Shown piece by piece: positions 25,538 through 36,297 of a stretch of 64,000 nt of DNA; positions within the stretch are counted from its first letter, which is position 1, and each line of letters begins with the position of its first letter. Position numbers and translations under genes: made by a program. The DNA is from Penicillus capitatus (taxonomy: Eukaryota; Plantae; Chlorophyta): assembly GCA_965649825.1 (NCBI GenBank), contig OZ287695.1, positions 248,001-312,000 on the forward strand, read 5' to 3'. The notes beneath the pieces are model-generated. The model was not told where the DNA came from. It was given only the letters and a program-made list of their open reading frames with translations, and ran no database searches.

Positions 25538-26191
25538 CTACACCGCGTTCCTCTTACTGTACAAACGTTCGATGCTGAGTTCATATTTGAGAAGGACTTC
25601 GTCTGCCCGTTGCACCTCTGGACTGTTCGCCACGGCGCCGTGGTCTCGCGCATCGTAGGCGCTGTAAACAATGCGGCCTCGAATGTTCTCCAGCGGCAGT
25701 GGGCCGAAGAAACGACTGTCCACCACTTCCGACGGCTCGCTCTTGACATTGTCCGCGAGCACCCAGCAGAATCCGTCTGGAATGAGAAACGGCTCAAAGT
25801 TCACCACATCGGAGAGCATCTGATCGCCAGGCATGGCAGCAATGCGCCGGATGAGGATGCTCTGTCGATCTCCAAAGCGATAAGGACTGTCGAAAGCCAC
25901 GACATCACCGACGTGACAGTTATTCTGTGAGGGATAAGGTAGACGGCGGAGAAGGAGATGCTCCACCGCATCACGGTCCTTTTCGCCATGAGGATTGAGG
26001 GTTGGACGCATCGAGGTGCCAATGAAGTCGATCACTTCGGTAAGCGGCCCACCGTGCCGTGCATCTGGAATCAAGATCTGCGCGACGTCGCTCCAGGAAA
26101 GGCCACGGCGCGATTTGGATTCGATTCTCTGCGCGAGTTGACGCGCGTAGTCGATCCGTTGCAAGAAATAATGCACACGGGCGAAAGCCAT
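25538..26191 (-). CDS. Peptidase S26/IMP-like protein (plant At1g06200-type), intronless
   Basis: GTSMRPTLN, VGDVVAFDSP, LIRRIAAMPGD, CWVLADN, DSRFFGPLP, GRIVYS..DHG.VANS, LKYELSIE. Confidence 0.82.
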   Translation of the reverse strand: MAFARVHYFLQRIDYARQLAQRIESKSRRGLSWSDVAQILIPDARHGGPLTEVIDFIGTSMRPTLNPHGEKDRDAVEHLLLRRLPYPSQNNCHVGDVVAFDSPYRFGDRQSILIRRIAAMPGDQMLSDVVNFEPFLIPDGFCWVLADNVKSEPSEVVDSRFFGPLPLENIRGRIVYSAYDARDHGAVANSPEVQRADEVLLKYELSIERLYSKRNAV

Positions 26192-26261
26192 GGATCTGTG
26201 GACCTGACACTCGCCGCCGTACGACACCGTCGGTCTTTCGTATCGCATCCGTAGCTGCGCA

Positions 26262-26912
26262 ATGGACTTGGCAGACGTCTTGGACAGAGACCTCGTGCCC
26301 GAATCGGCGCTCGTGCCGCAGAAGGGAGCGCAATTGGTGGGGGAGGTCGTGGAGCGTCCGTCCTGTGACGAGTTGGAAGAGTCCGGAGACGAAAACGTCA
26401 CTGGATACTTGTGTCTGCCAACGGGAGCCTCGCATCACGAACTCTCGCCGTTTGGCACGGTCTACAGCGCCCTGAGTCAGTTGACGACTTGGGAAACCGT
26501 CTGCGCACTGAACGCGGCGTCATCGGGTGACGTCCGTGACGATGACGACTTTGACGTCTTGTCAGGAAACAGATGGCGGCTGACGATGTTGGAAAAGATG
26601 ACGGAGAGCTTGGAACACCTCAAGGCCGCGTTTCGTGTCGAGGATGCCACGGATCAGTTCTCCGCTTTGCTGAGGCGCATTGTCGGGTCCTTTCGTCGAC
26701 CACTGGCCCAGATCGAACTGACGGAACGCAGTTGGATCACCTTCACGCTCGTCATTCTCGCCAAATCAGGCGCCTTTCCAAATGAAACGGCCGAACTCGA
26801 TGCCGCGATACTGGAAAGAGAAATCCTTTCGCATTACAACTGGTCCCTCGATGCCTTCCGAGCATTGGGCTCTGTATTTGACGCAGAACGTTTTAATCCC
26901 CCGTCTCCATAA
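26262..26912 (+). CDS. Hypothetical protein (216 aa); weak resemblance to plant RPAP2 C-terminal region
   Basis: Single protein-like ORF between two recognisable genes; motif ELSPFGTVYSALSQLTT. Family assignment from memory only. Confidence 0.6.
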   Translation: MDLADVLDRDLVPESALVPQKGAQLVGEVVERPSCDELEESGDENVTGYLCLPTGASHHELSPFGTVYSALSQLTTWETVCALNAASSGDVRDDDDFDVLSGNRWRLTMLEKMTESLEHLKAAFRVEDATDQFSALLRRIVGSFRRPLAQIELTERSWITFTLVILAKSGAFPNETAELDAAILEREILSHYNWSLDAFRALGSVFDAERFNPPSP

Positions 26913-27090
26913 ACCAACTAATTTCTGCACCGCTAAGTATTACGGGACCTCAAGCACTGCCCCGAGTAAGAATGCCAAATATCGGTCAAAAAAGACGTCT
27001 AGAATACATCTGCCTGTATCTGTCGACAGACCTGGTTAAGTGATCGTGAAGATGATTCATACAGAATACGCTTATCAATGACTATGGCGT

Positions 27091-28166
27091 TTATGGACGA
27101 TGACGCAGTCTATTGCGTCGTTTATTCTTAGGCGGTGTCTTCTTCGGCGGCGTCTTCAGCATCTTATCGACCCAGTCGGAATAGTAGTGCATACTCGTAA
27201 ACACTGCCGGCAGTTCGCCATCGCATACACCGAAGGAGGTGATGCCCACGATCACATCCGCTTGGGGATCGCCACCTTCGAAGCTACCTCCTGTACTGTT
27301 CAGTGAGATGAGTGGCCCTCCGGAGTCTCCATAGCAGGTACGCCCGTTCGACTCGCCGGCACAGAGGCGATCTTCCTCGAGGACGAAAGTGGGATACGTG
27401 TCGATCCACGAGTCGTAGCACTCGTCGCTGTTCACGACAAAGGTCTCGGCGAAACGCAAGTCTTCAGACGTCTCGCCAGAATTGTCAAACTCGCCCCATC
27501 CAGCGATGTAAGCAGGCGAGTCTTCCTCTGGCGCTTTTTTGGTGGCAAGAATAGGAATGGGCGAATCCACTTTGCGATCGAGTTTGATCAAGGCGATGTC
27601 ATAACGTAGCTGCGAGACAGGAGGATCATAGAGTTCATGGATATGAATATTCAAGGCTTGAAACATCTGTTGGGCAAGGAATGAAGGTCGTGGGTACGTG
27701 CAGTCAGCGTCTTACGTTCTTTTCAGGAGGATCGATGACGTTCTGTACACCGCATAAGATTTCATCGATGGTGCGTTCGCCTTCGGAATCGTCCACACAA
27801 TGGGCAGCGGTAAGAATCCAATCAGGCGTCACGAGAAATCCGGTGCAGGTGCCACGGCCAATAGGAATGGTGTAGCGCATGTGGCACAGATAAGGAAGTC
27901 TGCCGCGGGGAGCTTTCTCCCCACCCTAATGACAGGACACATGGTAGAGCAGCGATCGGCGAAGGTGGGAGAACGGACCAGGACGTTGGTCACAGCAGCA
28001 ACAGCGGCATGTCCCGTGGCAAGACGAGAGGCGCCTAGAAACGAGAATAGGTGGAGTGGCTGTGGGCGAAACGTGCGATGTGCGTACTGCGCCACGGAAT
28101 GGCGAAACTTCTAACGTAGAGAGTTGCGAAGAGGAGGGAAAATGCAACTCCGGCTAAGCGAGACAT
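27091..28166 (-). CDS. Secreted trypsin-like serine protease (S1A) with intact catalytic triad; multi-exon
   Basis: Signal-like MSRLAGVAFSLLFATL; GGEKAPRGRLPYLC, CTGFLVTPDWILTAAHC, YDIALIKLD, GWG, TCYGDSGGPL, GITSFG, PAVFT. Confidence 0.88.
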
Positions 28167-30766
28167 GGACGTAGACGAGAATAAGGAGACGGTGGACAGG
28201 AGGAACGCGGGACGAATGATAATGGGAGACAACCGTTATGGACGGACGAGCTGCCATAGATCGCGTTTTTATATGCAGAGAACACGATATTCGACTGGTC
28301 GTAAGCAAGACGTGGAAGGTACTGCTGCTGCTAAGCATTTCGTAAACCCTGAAGCCGCGTTGTCATCAGGCAAAGTCGAGGCGCAGATTCCTATTGGCTT
28401 CGCTGTCTGATGTGGTCAGGAGGTGGCAAATGTGGGGAAACGACCATGATACGAATCGAATTTTGGGTCGGAATCCTGTTCGAAATGCGAGTGCCCTTCT
28501 CTTGAGGCCTCGCCGAACTGTACAGGCTGATCTTCGAGTGTTTATAAAGTCAACAAGTGCGTCTCTTAGCAATCGCGTTTCTGCGCCGACGGGATTTCTT
28601 TCACAGGTTATACGGACGGCTTTTTCTGCTAGGGTCTAGGGAGATCATAACATTGGCATAGAAGCGATTCTGTATTGTAACCATGATCGTCACTGTCTTG
28701 AGACGATTGGTTGTAGGTGAAGAAAAGAGAAATGATCGATTTTCTGCGATGAAAATTTGGAGAAAGATGAAAGAGCTCTCATCAACACAGTGCCACATTT
28801 GCGATTCGGTGAATAAAAACGGTGCACGGCTGTTCAGTGTCTTGAATACAAACAGTAAAATGTATCATTGTGTTCAGCTATTCAGCAGTTGAACATTAGG
28901 TCGACGTGTTGGGAATTACAGAGTGTTTACTCCGTATCCATTCTGCGATGTGACGCCTGGTCCCCTCACTTCCGTCTCTGCCATGCTTACCTGACACACG
29001 ATGTGATGTGACCCGTCTGATGAGAGGTGCAATCTTGCAAGTAAGCGCAAGTGTTCTGCCTTCACAGCTGAACCGACGCATTCTGGAATTCTACAGATGT
29101 CACATCCAACAAGCAAGCAATGCTGCCAATCCAATCTCGCCATCAGTCGTGTGTATCTCTGAGCATTCCGGCCTGTACAAATTTCAAAGTACAACTCTGT
29201 AGCGTCTCCTCTTTGTGTCCGACTGTGGCCATGAGGGATGAGTGGTGTCTGTGCTCATTGGAGGCATACGTGTTGATGCGACTGACGTCTGAGGGGAGAG
29301 TCGATGCAATTCCGACGAAACGAAGATCATTAACGCCATCTTCGCGAGACAGCGTCGCCGCTGTTGCATTGAAGGGGCGGACGTCGAAAGTCGCGTGGAT
29401 CATATTCGAACCACTCGGGCAGAGAGGCGCAGAGCGCATTGATGGACAATGCGTTTTGCCGAAACGCCGACGGCCGTTGTTCACTTCGGCGAACAGTCGA
29501 GCGCATTCTCGTACATTTCGCAGTGGAGTTCGGGTAAAGACTGAGCATTCGACCCAGTGGTCCATCTCAGAAGAGCGCCGGTAGCTCCATCATTGTTTCG
29601 GCGTTTTTGGCCGCTTGCCGTTTCGCGTTGAACTGCTCGAATGCTATATCACTGAGTGCAACGGCCGATGGCCTCGAGCATGAAGGCCCGAGAAAACCAG
29701 TTTCGCAAAGTTTGTCAGCGTCACGGATCATGCATCCGTTCCCATCGGTGAAAAGAGATGTCCAGATTGTTACAAGATATTTGGACTGGTACGGGCGATC
29801 CAGAGACCAGAAAGAATGGCCATATCGTGGTCCCTCGTTTTGCTATTATGTCTGTTCCGTACGAAATAGAAAAGGCTAATGCGCTAAAAGGTACTGCAGA
29901 ACCTCTGTGCTGACTCGATTCGAGTGTCAGTCACACTTCGGTCCTTTCCGCAGCCTCGTCGGATTTGCGACGCTCAAAGTGAGGCAATTCCCATGGCTTA
30001 ATGACATCTCACTTTGCTTCTCTGTAGACTGGAGTAGGCACAGTGAAAACATCTCGATGCTTACCTACCAACTGACCGAATCAGAGGTGCTTTCGGGAAC
30101 ATGAAAACTGCAGTGCTGTTCTGACGGTTTGCGATCACATGGTCTGAAATTCTGGTGTTGAGTCAGAACTTGATTTGTCGGGTGGCATGACCAACGAATA
30201 CTCTGACGTGGCAGCAATGCAGACATCTGCTATTCGATTGCTTGACCATAGTTACCTGCGTACTAGTTCATTGAAGATAATCTTTCGAGATCGTTTGCTT
30301 TTCTTCACTCCGATTTCAAATTGGAGCAGACGTCGACGATAACTGTCTTTTCCGTCACTTAGTCAGTGCTGGCGAGTCGAGTACCATTCTTGTTCCTATG
30401 TGTCCATTCGATTCAAATCTCGTGTCTGTTCGCTATCTAAAACATCCCTCTTTCCTACTCGCTCAACGCAGAGTTTATTCGGTCACCAAGTTCAAGTCAA
30501 CAGCAAAGATAGGAGTCAGTCATTGTGAGCTGCAGAATGCCTACGCGGAAACAGCTCTGATGAGAGAATGAAATGCATCCATCTGCGATTTTCTATTCCG
30601 CACGATTATCCGAATCTAAACGTCAATAAGGAGCATCTTTCGCGTCGTATCCGCCACTGCGAACTTTCTGCGAACTGCGTCTACCTCTGAAGCAACAAGC
30701 AACAAGTTTGTTCTCTGCGTACCTTGCTACTGGGCGTTATGGAATTGGTTGTGTAGGTTGTTCAGC

Positions 30767-33700
30767 ATGCAATCCAAGTTTTCGAAAGAAGAACCGTCCG
30801 GCGGAGGACCGTCCGGGTCGGGAAGTGGCGGCAGGGTCCACATGCAAAACTTCAACGTCCTAAAGAGAACTGGGCCAATGCTTCTCCGCGCTGTCGCAAA
30901 AAAACGCAACATCGTGAGCACCAAGTCGCTCGTCACAGCATACAACGCCACGACGGATGCGAATGAGCGAGCTGTTCTGCGGGATTGGTTGCGCAAATAT
31001 GGTGAAAGAAGTAACGAGTGCCTCAAACCGATGGCGGTCCTTGAGTACGCAGAATTGGCCAAAGTCGCCAATGTCTCCGAACAAGATGCCGAGGGTTTGA
31101 AAAAGTTAATCCGTGGCCTCGGTTCCCAGGTCCTTCCCGGCGAATTTCTCGACGAGGAATACGCAAAAGCTCTGCTCAGCGCACTCACATGGGTGGATGC
31201 AGGCGTCTATGACGACATTGCGCAGTTGACGGATCTGGCCTTTAACCTCTTGCGCAGCCTGTCTAGTAGACCGAGACTCACAGAACAGAACTTTCTCAAA
31301 TACGAAGCAACCTTCCTCTGTATCCATCAGGTCTTTATCCTCTTGCAAAGCATCCGTCGTGGTCACTTGCTCGAGCAAGAGAAGAAAGAGTTTCGTCAAG
31401 TAATCGTACAGAAGAGAGAAGAGATGGAGCGATCCATTGCATATTACCCTGCCGCCTTTCACTTTGACCTTATTCAGCAAGCCGTCGAGCGCTTGGAAAT
31501 CGAAGACGCTCCGTCTCGACTCACAAGAGCGAAAAGATACACCGCATCTGGACTCTATGGTGGGATGCATGTTCTCCACTTTCTCAGAAAATTGGCCGGT
31601 GGAGATGTCGATCCTACATCGATGGAGGATGCATACAGAAGAGGAAGAGCGGCAATTGCCAAGGCAGGCGTGTTGGAGCGGGAGTGGTATGACATACTTC
31701 AGCTTTTAACAGCGGCAAGGCTTGGAACGCTTAAAGAAGAGAAAAAGTTCGAACTTCTTGAACTTGCGTACGACGCGGCGATGGACGGACAACGCAAAAC
31801 GACGACGGTGAATCATCAAAAAGCCTTGAGATTCGGTATCGTCCAAGAAATGAGGCTGTTGACAAGCGACAGGGACTCCAGTTACGATGGCCGCAAAATG
31901 GCGACCGATAAGCTCATCGAATTGGCGACAGATCAAGCAATCTCCGAGAGCTGGATCCATGATGCAGATATCTTTACTGCGATTTTGGACGCTTTGCATC
32001 TGGTTTACCTGACGGGCGAAGAGAAACAAGAGACGGCCGAAGCGCTCCACAAGATACAGCAGTCTTGCGATGAACATGCCATAGGGACGTTGGCAGTTTG
32101 GTTGGACGGCAATACCATAGAAGAGAAGCTTCAAATGCAACGCCAGGAACATACGGACGACGATCACGGAGACCTCTTCGCCGCGACAGGTGCAGCCGTC
32201 GGATATCTGCATCCGTCCACGATTCGTTCTAATGTCGAAGACCTCAAGAGAACATACCTACACGACAACTTTGCCACGGTGAGCGCCTTCGACATTATGT
32301 AGAACCAATAGAAATCGTATTCATGTTGAAGGCGCCTTCGTTGTTTGAACCAGAGACCACCAGGCACGTGAATGGTATGGAGCATCACGTTGTCGTGTAC
32401 GAAGAAATCATCGAGAAAAGAAGAATTGAGAGACGAGAGGAACAGCATCAAGAAGGAGACGGAGGTGAAACGAAAGGGGAAGGTTCCGCAATTCAGGACA
32501 GAGATGATCCAAAGGGATACTACGAACAAAGGAGAAAGGTCGCAACGCCCGTTTCGATAGAAGACTTGTTTAAACCGAGATCGTTGGAAGCGGGCGTCGA
32601 CGAGAGCGAAATCCGAAGAGTCCTTCTTTATGGAAATCCAGGCTCGGGGAAGACCTGCATCAGCAAAGCCGTCGCACACAAATGGGCACTCGGAGAGATG
32701 TTGCGAGACGTTGAAGCCATCTACGTGGTCCCGGTAAGACGTCTGAACGCTGCCAAAGCCAAAGGGATGCGGGGAGAGGCGCTCGAAGAAGTGATAGCGC
32801 AAATGTGTTTCAAGCAAAAGAGAAGCGATGCCGAATTTGAAGAGTTGAAGACTCAAATAAACGATGATCTCGATGTGTCCAGCACATTGTTGGTGTTTGA
32901 CGGATTGGACGAAGCCGATGACGATGCTAGAGATCTCCTTTCCGAGGCGGAGAGGGGCGGATGCAGACTTCTGGTACTCACACGACCCTACAACCTACGA
33001 GGGATACAGACCAAAGTCGACTGCCGGTTTGAGTGCCTTGGATTCAACGACCAGCAGCTCACAAACTACATAAACAAGGAACTGCAAGAAGACGAAGTCC
33101 CGAGACTCATTCGTTCTTTGCAACAAGCTCGGGGCATGTGGGAAACAGCACACATCCCGGTGATGGCGCACATTCTCTGTTCCTTGTCGAAAGAACACGG
33201 CACCTCCGCTGAGGATCAAGCCAAGAGGGCGAGCATGTTTCAGATCTACAACAGCACGACAGATTTTGTGTGGAAGAGGTTCAAGGAAAGGCCAGAAGCG
33301 AGAACGGCGAACAAGAATGTCGCTTTCGAAGATCTGGAGAAGATCGCTTTCGAAGCTCTCAGGAATGGACAAATACTCATCGAGCAAGGAATCGTTGAGC
33401 GTTGTGCAACATCCACCAACGCATCAAAATTCTTCAAACTAAGCGGATTCCTCTTGCTCCTGTTAGAGGGCCAACAGTATCAATTCCCTCACCTGACCTT
33501 TCAAGAGTATTTCGGCGGAAGATACATCGCGAGAATGTTGAAGCGAAAAGAATCGGATGAGAAGACGAGGGTGCTCGATTTCATTCGCGGGGGGAAGTAT
33601 GACGAGAAGCATAAACTCACGCTAACCTTCGCAATGCATGCATTCGCGAAAGATCGAAGCAAACAAGCGTTGGAAGAGATGCTCTCGACAATGGACGAAC

Positions 33701-36297
33701 AACCCGTCGAGGTTCTCGGGATACAGCACTTTTTTCTGAGAATGCGAGTTCTCGAGGCAATCCTTGAAGAGACAGATGAAAAAGATTTGGAAGACGTGCT
33801 AAACGACGAACACGCAGTGAAACTCGTCGAAAGTGCTCGCCAACTGCTCGAGCGAACCGTCAACGCCATTCTAATCCGTGAAATCGTAGTGAAGGAATTT
33901 CAACAATTGTCTCGCGTCTTAGAAGAATCTCCTCAAGTTCTTGATGACACCATCGATGAAGTGAAAAAACTGCTCGAACATTCTCGAGAATTAACATGGA
34001 TAGAAATGACTAAAACAACAGAAGTATTGAAACTCGCAAAACACTCTTCGAAGCAGTGCAACGAAATACAGCAGTTCCTCGCTCAAAGAGTAAGAACGTC
34101 AGAGGGTTGGTGCAGTACAAGAGAGCGCACAAGAAGATTGAACTCTATCGCAGAACAGATGCCCCGACAAATTGTCGAGTGTCTGCCGACGCTGGCGAAG
34201 ATGTGCAGCGACTATGAGGAAGACGTGCGTGAGGCGGCTATGGAGGCCATCGGCCGCGTCGTCGTGGCGTCGCCACAGCACGCCGTCGAGTGTCTGCCGA
34301 CTCTGGCGAAGGGGTGCGTCGACGAAGACTGGCACGTGCGTGAGGCGGCTATGGAGGCCATCGGCCGCGTCGTCGCGGCGTCGCCACAGCACGCCGTCGA
34401 GTCTCTGCCGACTCTGGCGAAGGGGTGCGTCGACGAAGACTGGCACGTGCGTCAGAGTGCTATGCATGCCATCGGCCGCGTCGTCGCGGCGTCGCCACAG
34501 CACGCCGTCGAGCATCTGCCTACTCTGGCGAAGGGGTGCGCCGACGAAGACGAATGCGTGCGTGGGGTGGCTATGAAGGCCATCGGCCGCGTCGTCGCGG
34601 CGTCGCCACAGCACGCCGTCGAGCATCTGCCTACTCTGGCGAAGGGGTGCGCCGACGAAGACGAATACGTGCGTCATGGTGCTATGGATGCCATCGGCCG
34701 CGTCGTCGCGGCGTCGCCACAGCACGCCGTCGAGTCTCTGCCGACTCTGGCGAAGTGGTGCGCCGACGAAGACGAATACGTGCGTCATGGTGCTATGGAT
34801 GCCATCGGCCGCGTCGTCGCGGCGTCGCCACAGCACGCCGTCGAGTCTCTGCCGACTCTGGCGAAGTGGTGCGCCGACGAAGACGAATACGTGCGTCATG
34901 GTGCTATGGATGCCATCGGCCGCGTCGTCGCGGCGTCGCCACAGCACGCCGTCGAGCATCTGCCTACTCTGGCGAAGGGGTGCGCCGACGAAGACTGGCA
35001 CGTGCGTGAGGCGGCTATGGAGGCCATCGGCCGCGTCGTCGTGGCGTCGCCACAGCACGCCGTCGAGCATCTGCCTACTCTGGCGAAGGGGTGCGCCGAC
35101 GAAGACGAATGCGTGCGTGGGGTGGCTATGGAGGCCATCGATCGCGTCGTCGCGGCGTCGCCACAGCACGCCGTCGAGCATCTGCCTACTCTGGCGAAGG
35201 GGTGCGGCGACGAAGACTGGCACGTGCGTCAGAGTGCTATGAAGGCCATCGGCCGCGTCGTCGTGGCGTCGCCACAGCACGCCGTCGAGCATCTGCCTAC
35301 TCTGGCGAAGGGGTGCGGTGACTATGAGGAAGACGTGCGTGAGGCGGCTATGGAGGCCATCGGCCGCGTCGTCGTGGCGTCGCCACAGCACGCCGTCGAG
35401 TGTCTGCCGACTCTGGCGAAGTGGTGCGCCGACGAAGACGAATACGTGCGTCATGGTGCTATGGATGCCATCGGCCGCGTCGTCGCGGCGTCGCCACAGC
35501 ACGCCGTCGAGCATCTGCCGACTCTGGCGAAGTGGTGCGCCGACGAAGACGAATACGTGTGTGAGGCGGCCATGAAGGCCATCGGCCGCGTCGTCGCGGC
35601 GTCGCCACAGCACGCCGTCGAGCATCTGCCGACTCTGGCGAAGGGGTGCGGCGACGAAGACGGTGACGTGCGTGAGGCGGCTATGGAGGCCATCGGCCGC
35701 GTCGTCGCGGCGTCGCCACAGCACGCCGTCGAGCATCTGCCTACTCTGGCGAAGGGGTGCGGCGACGAAGACGTACGCGCGCGTCGGGCGGCCATGGAGG
35801 CCATCGGCCGCGTCGTCGCTGCGGCGCCGCACCACGCCGTCGAGTGTCTGCCGATTCTGGCGAAGGGGTGCGGCGACGAAAACGAACACGTGCGTCGTCG
35901 TGCTATGGATGCCATCGGCCGCGTCGTCGCTGCGGCGCCGCACCACGCCGTCGAGTGTCTGCCGATTCTGGCGAAGGGGTGCGGCGACTATGATAGAGAC
36001 GTGCGTGAAGGTGCAAGAAAGTCATTAGGAAACGTGAATATCAAAGAATCTATCGCTTCGGCAATTTCGTTGCCATCTACTATGAAAGGAGGGTTATTTT
36101 TATTCTTTGCGCAAAACACATTCACAATAGGTCCTCCTACGAAATTCAAAACAGTACCTTTTGTGTTGCATACATCCTTTTCACAAGAGATTGGAAAATG
36201 GAAGAAGGAAGCAATTGATGTTTTCGTTGGGTATTTGAGACATAAATGCGATGAGGAGTTTCCTGGGCTTCTTGAGAGCATCTGCATCGGAGAATAG
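30767..36297 (+). CDS. NLR-like STAND protein, copy 2: helical N-terminal domain + NACHT + 17 HEAT units + cap (2 exons, about 1825 aa)
   Basis: Exon 1 30767-32278 (504 codons), 53-nt GT-AG intron, exon 2 32332-36297; GNPGSGKT, LLVFDGLDE, LVLTRP, QFPHLTFQEYFGG. Confidence 0.92.
34171..36030 (+). repeat. HEAT array of NLR copy 2: 16 full + 1 partial 111-nt (37-aa) units
   Basis: The anchor cacgccgtcgag recurs at 34279 and 34390 (111 nt apart); units counted in the protein. Confidence 0.95.

Noticed and set aside
25850-25865. Arg instead of catalytic Lys in the S26 peptidase (LIRRIAA)
   Set aside because: As I recall, the plant At1g06200-type family also has VRR here, so this is a family trait rather than a novelty.
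34099-35946. 615-aa antisense ORF over the copy 2 HEAT array
   Set aside because: Shadow of a GC-rich, stop-free 111-nt repeat; length tracks the array and composition is not protein-like.
34171-36030. Regular repeat with variable segments resembling a CRISPR array or TALE
   Set aside because: In-frame coding HEAT units in a eukaryotic gene; variable parts are a few codons, not unique spacers; no cas genes; not the TALE 34-aa consensus.
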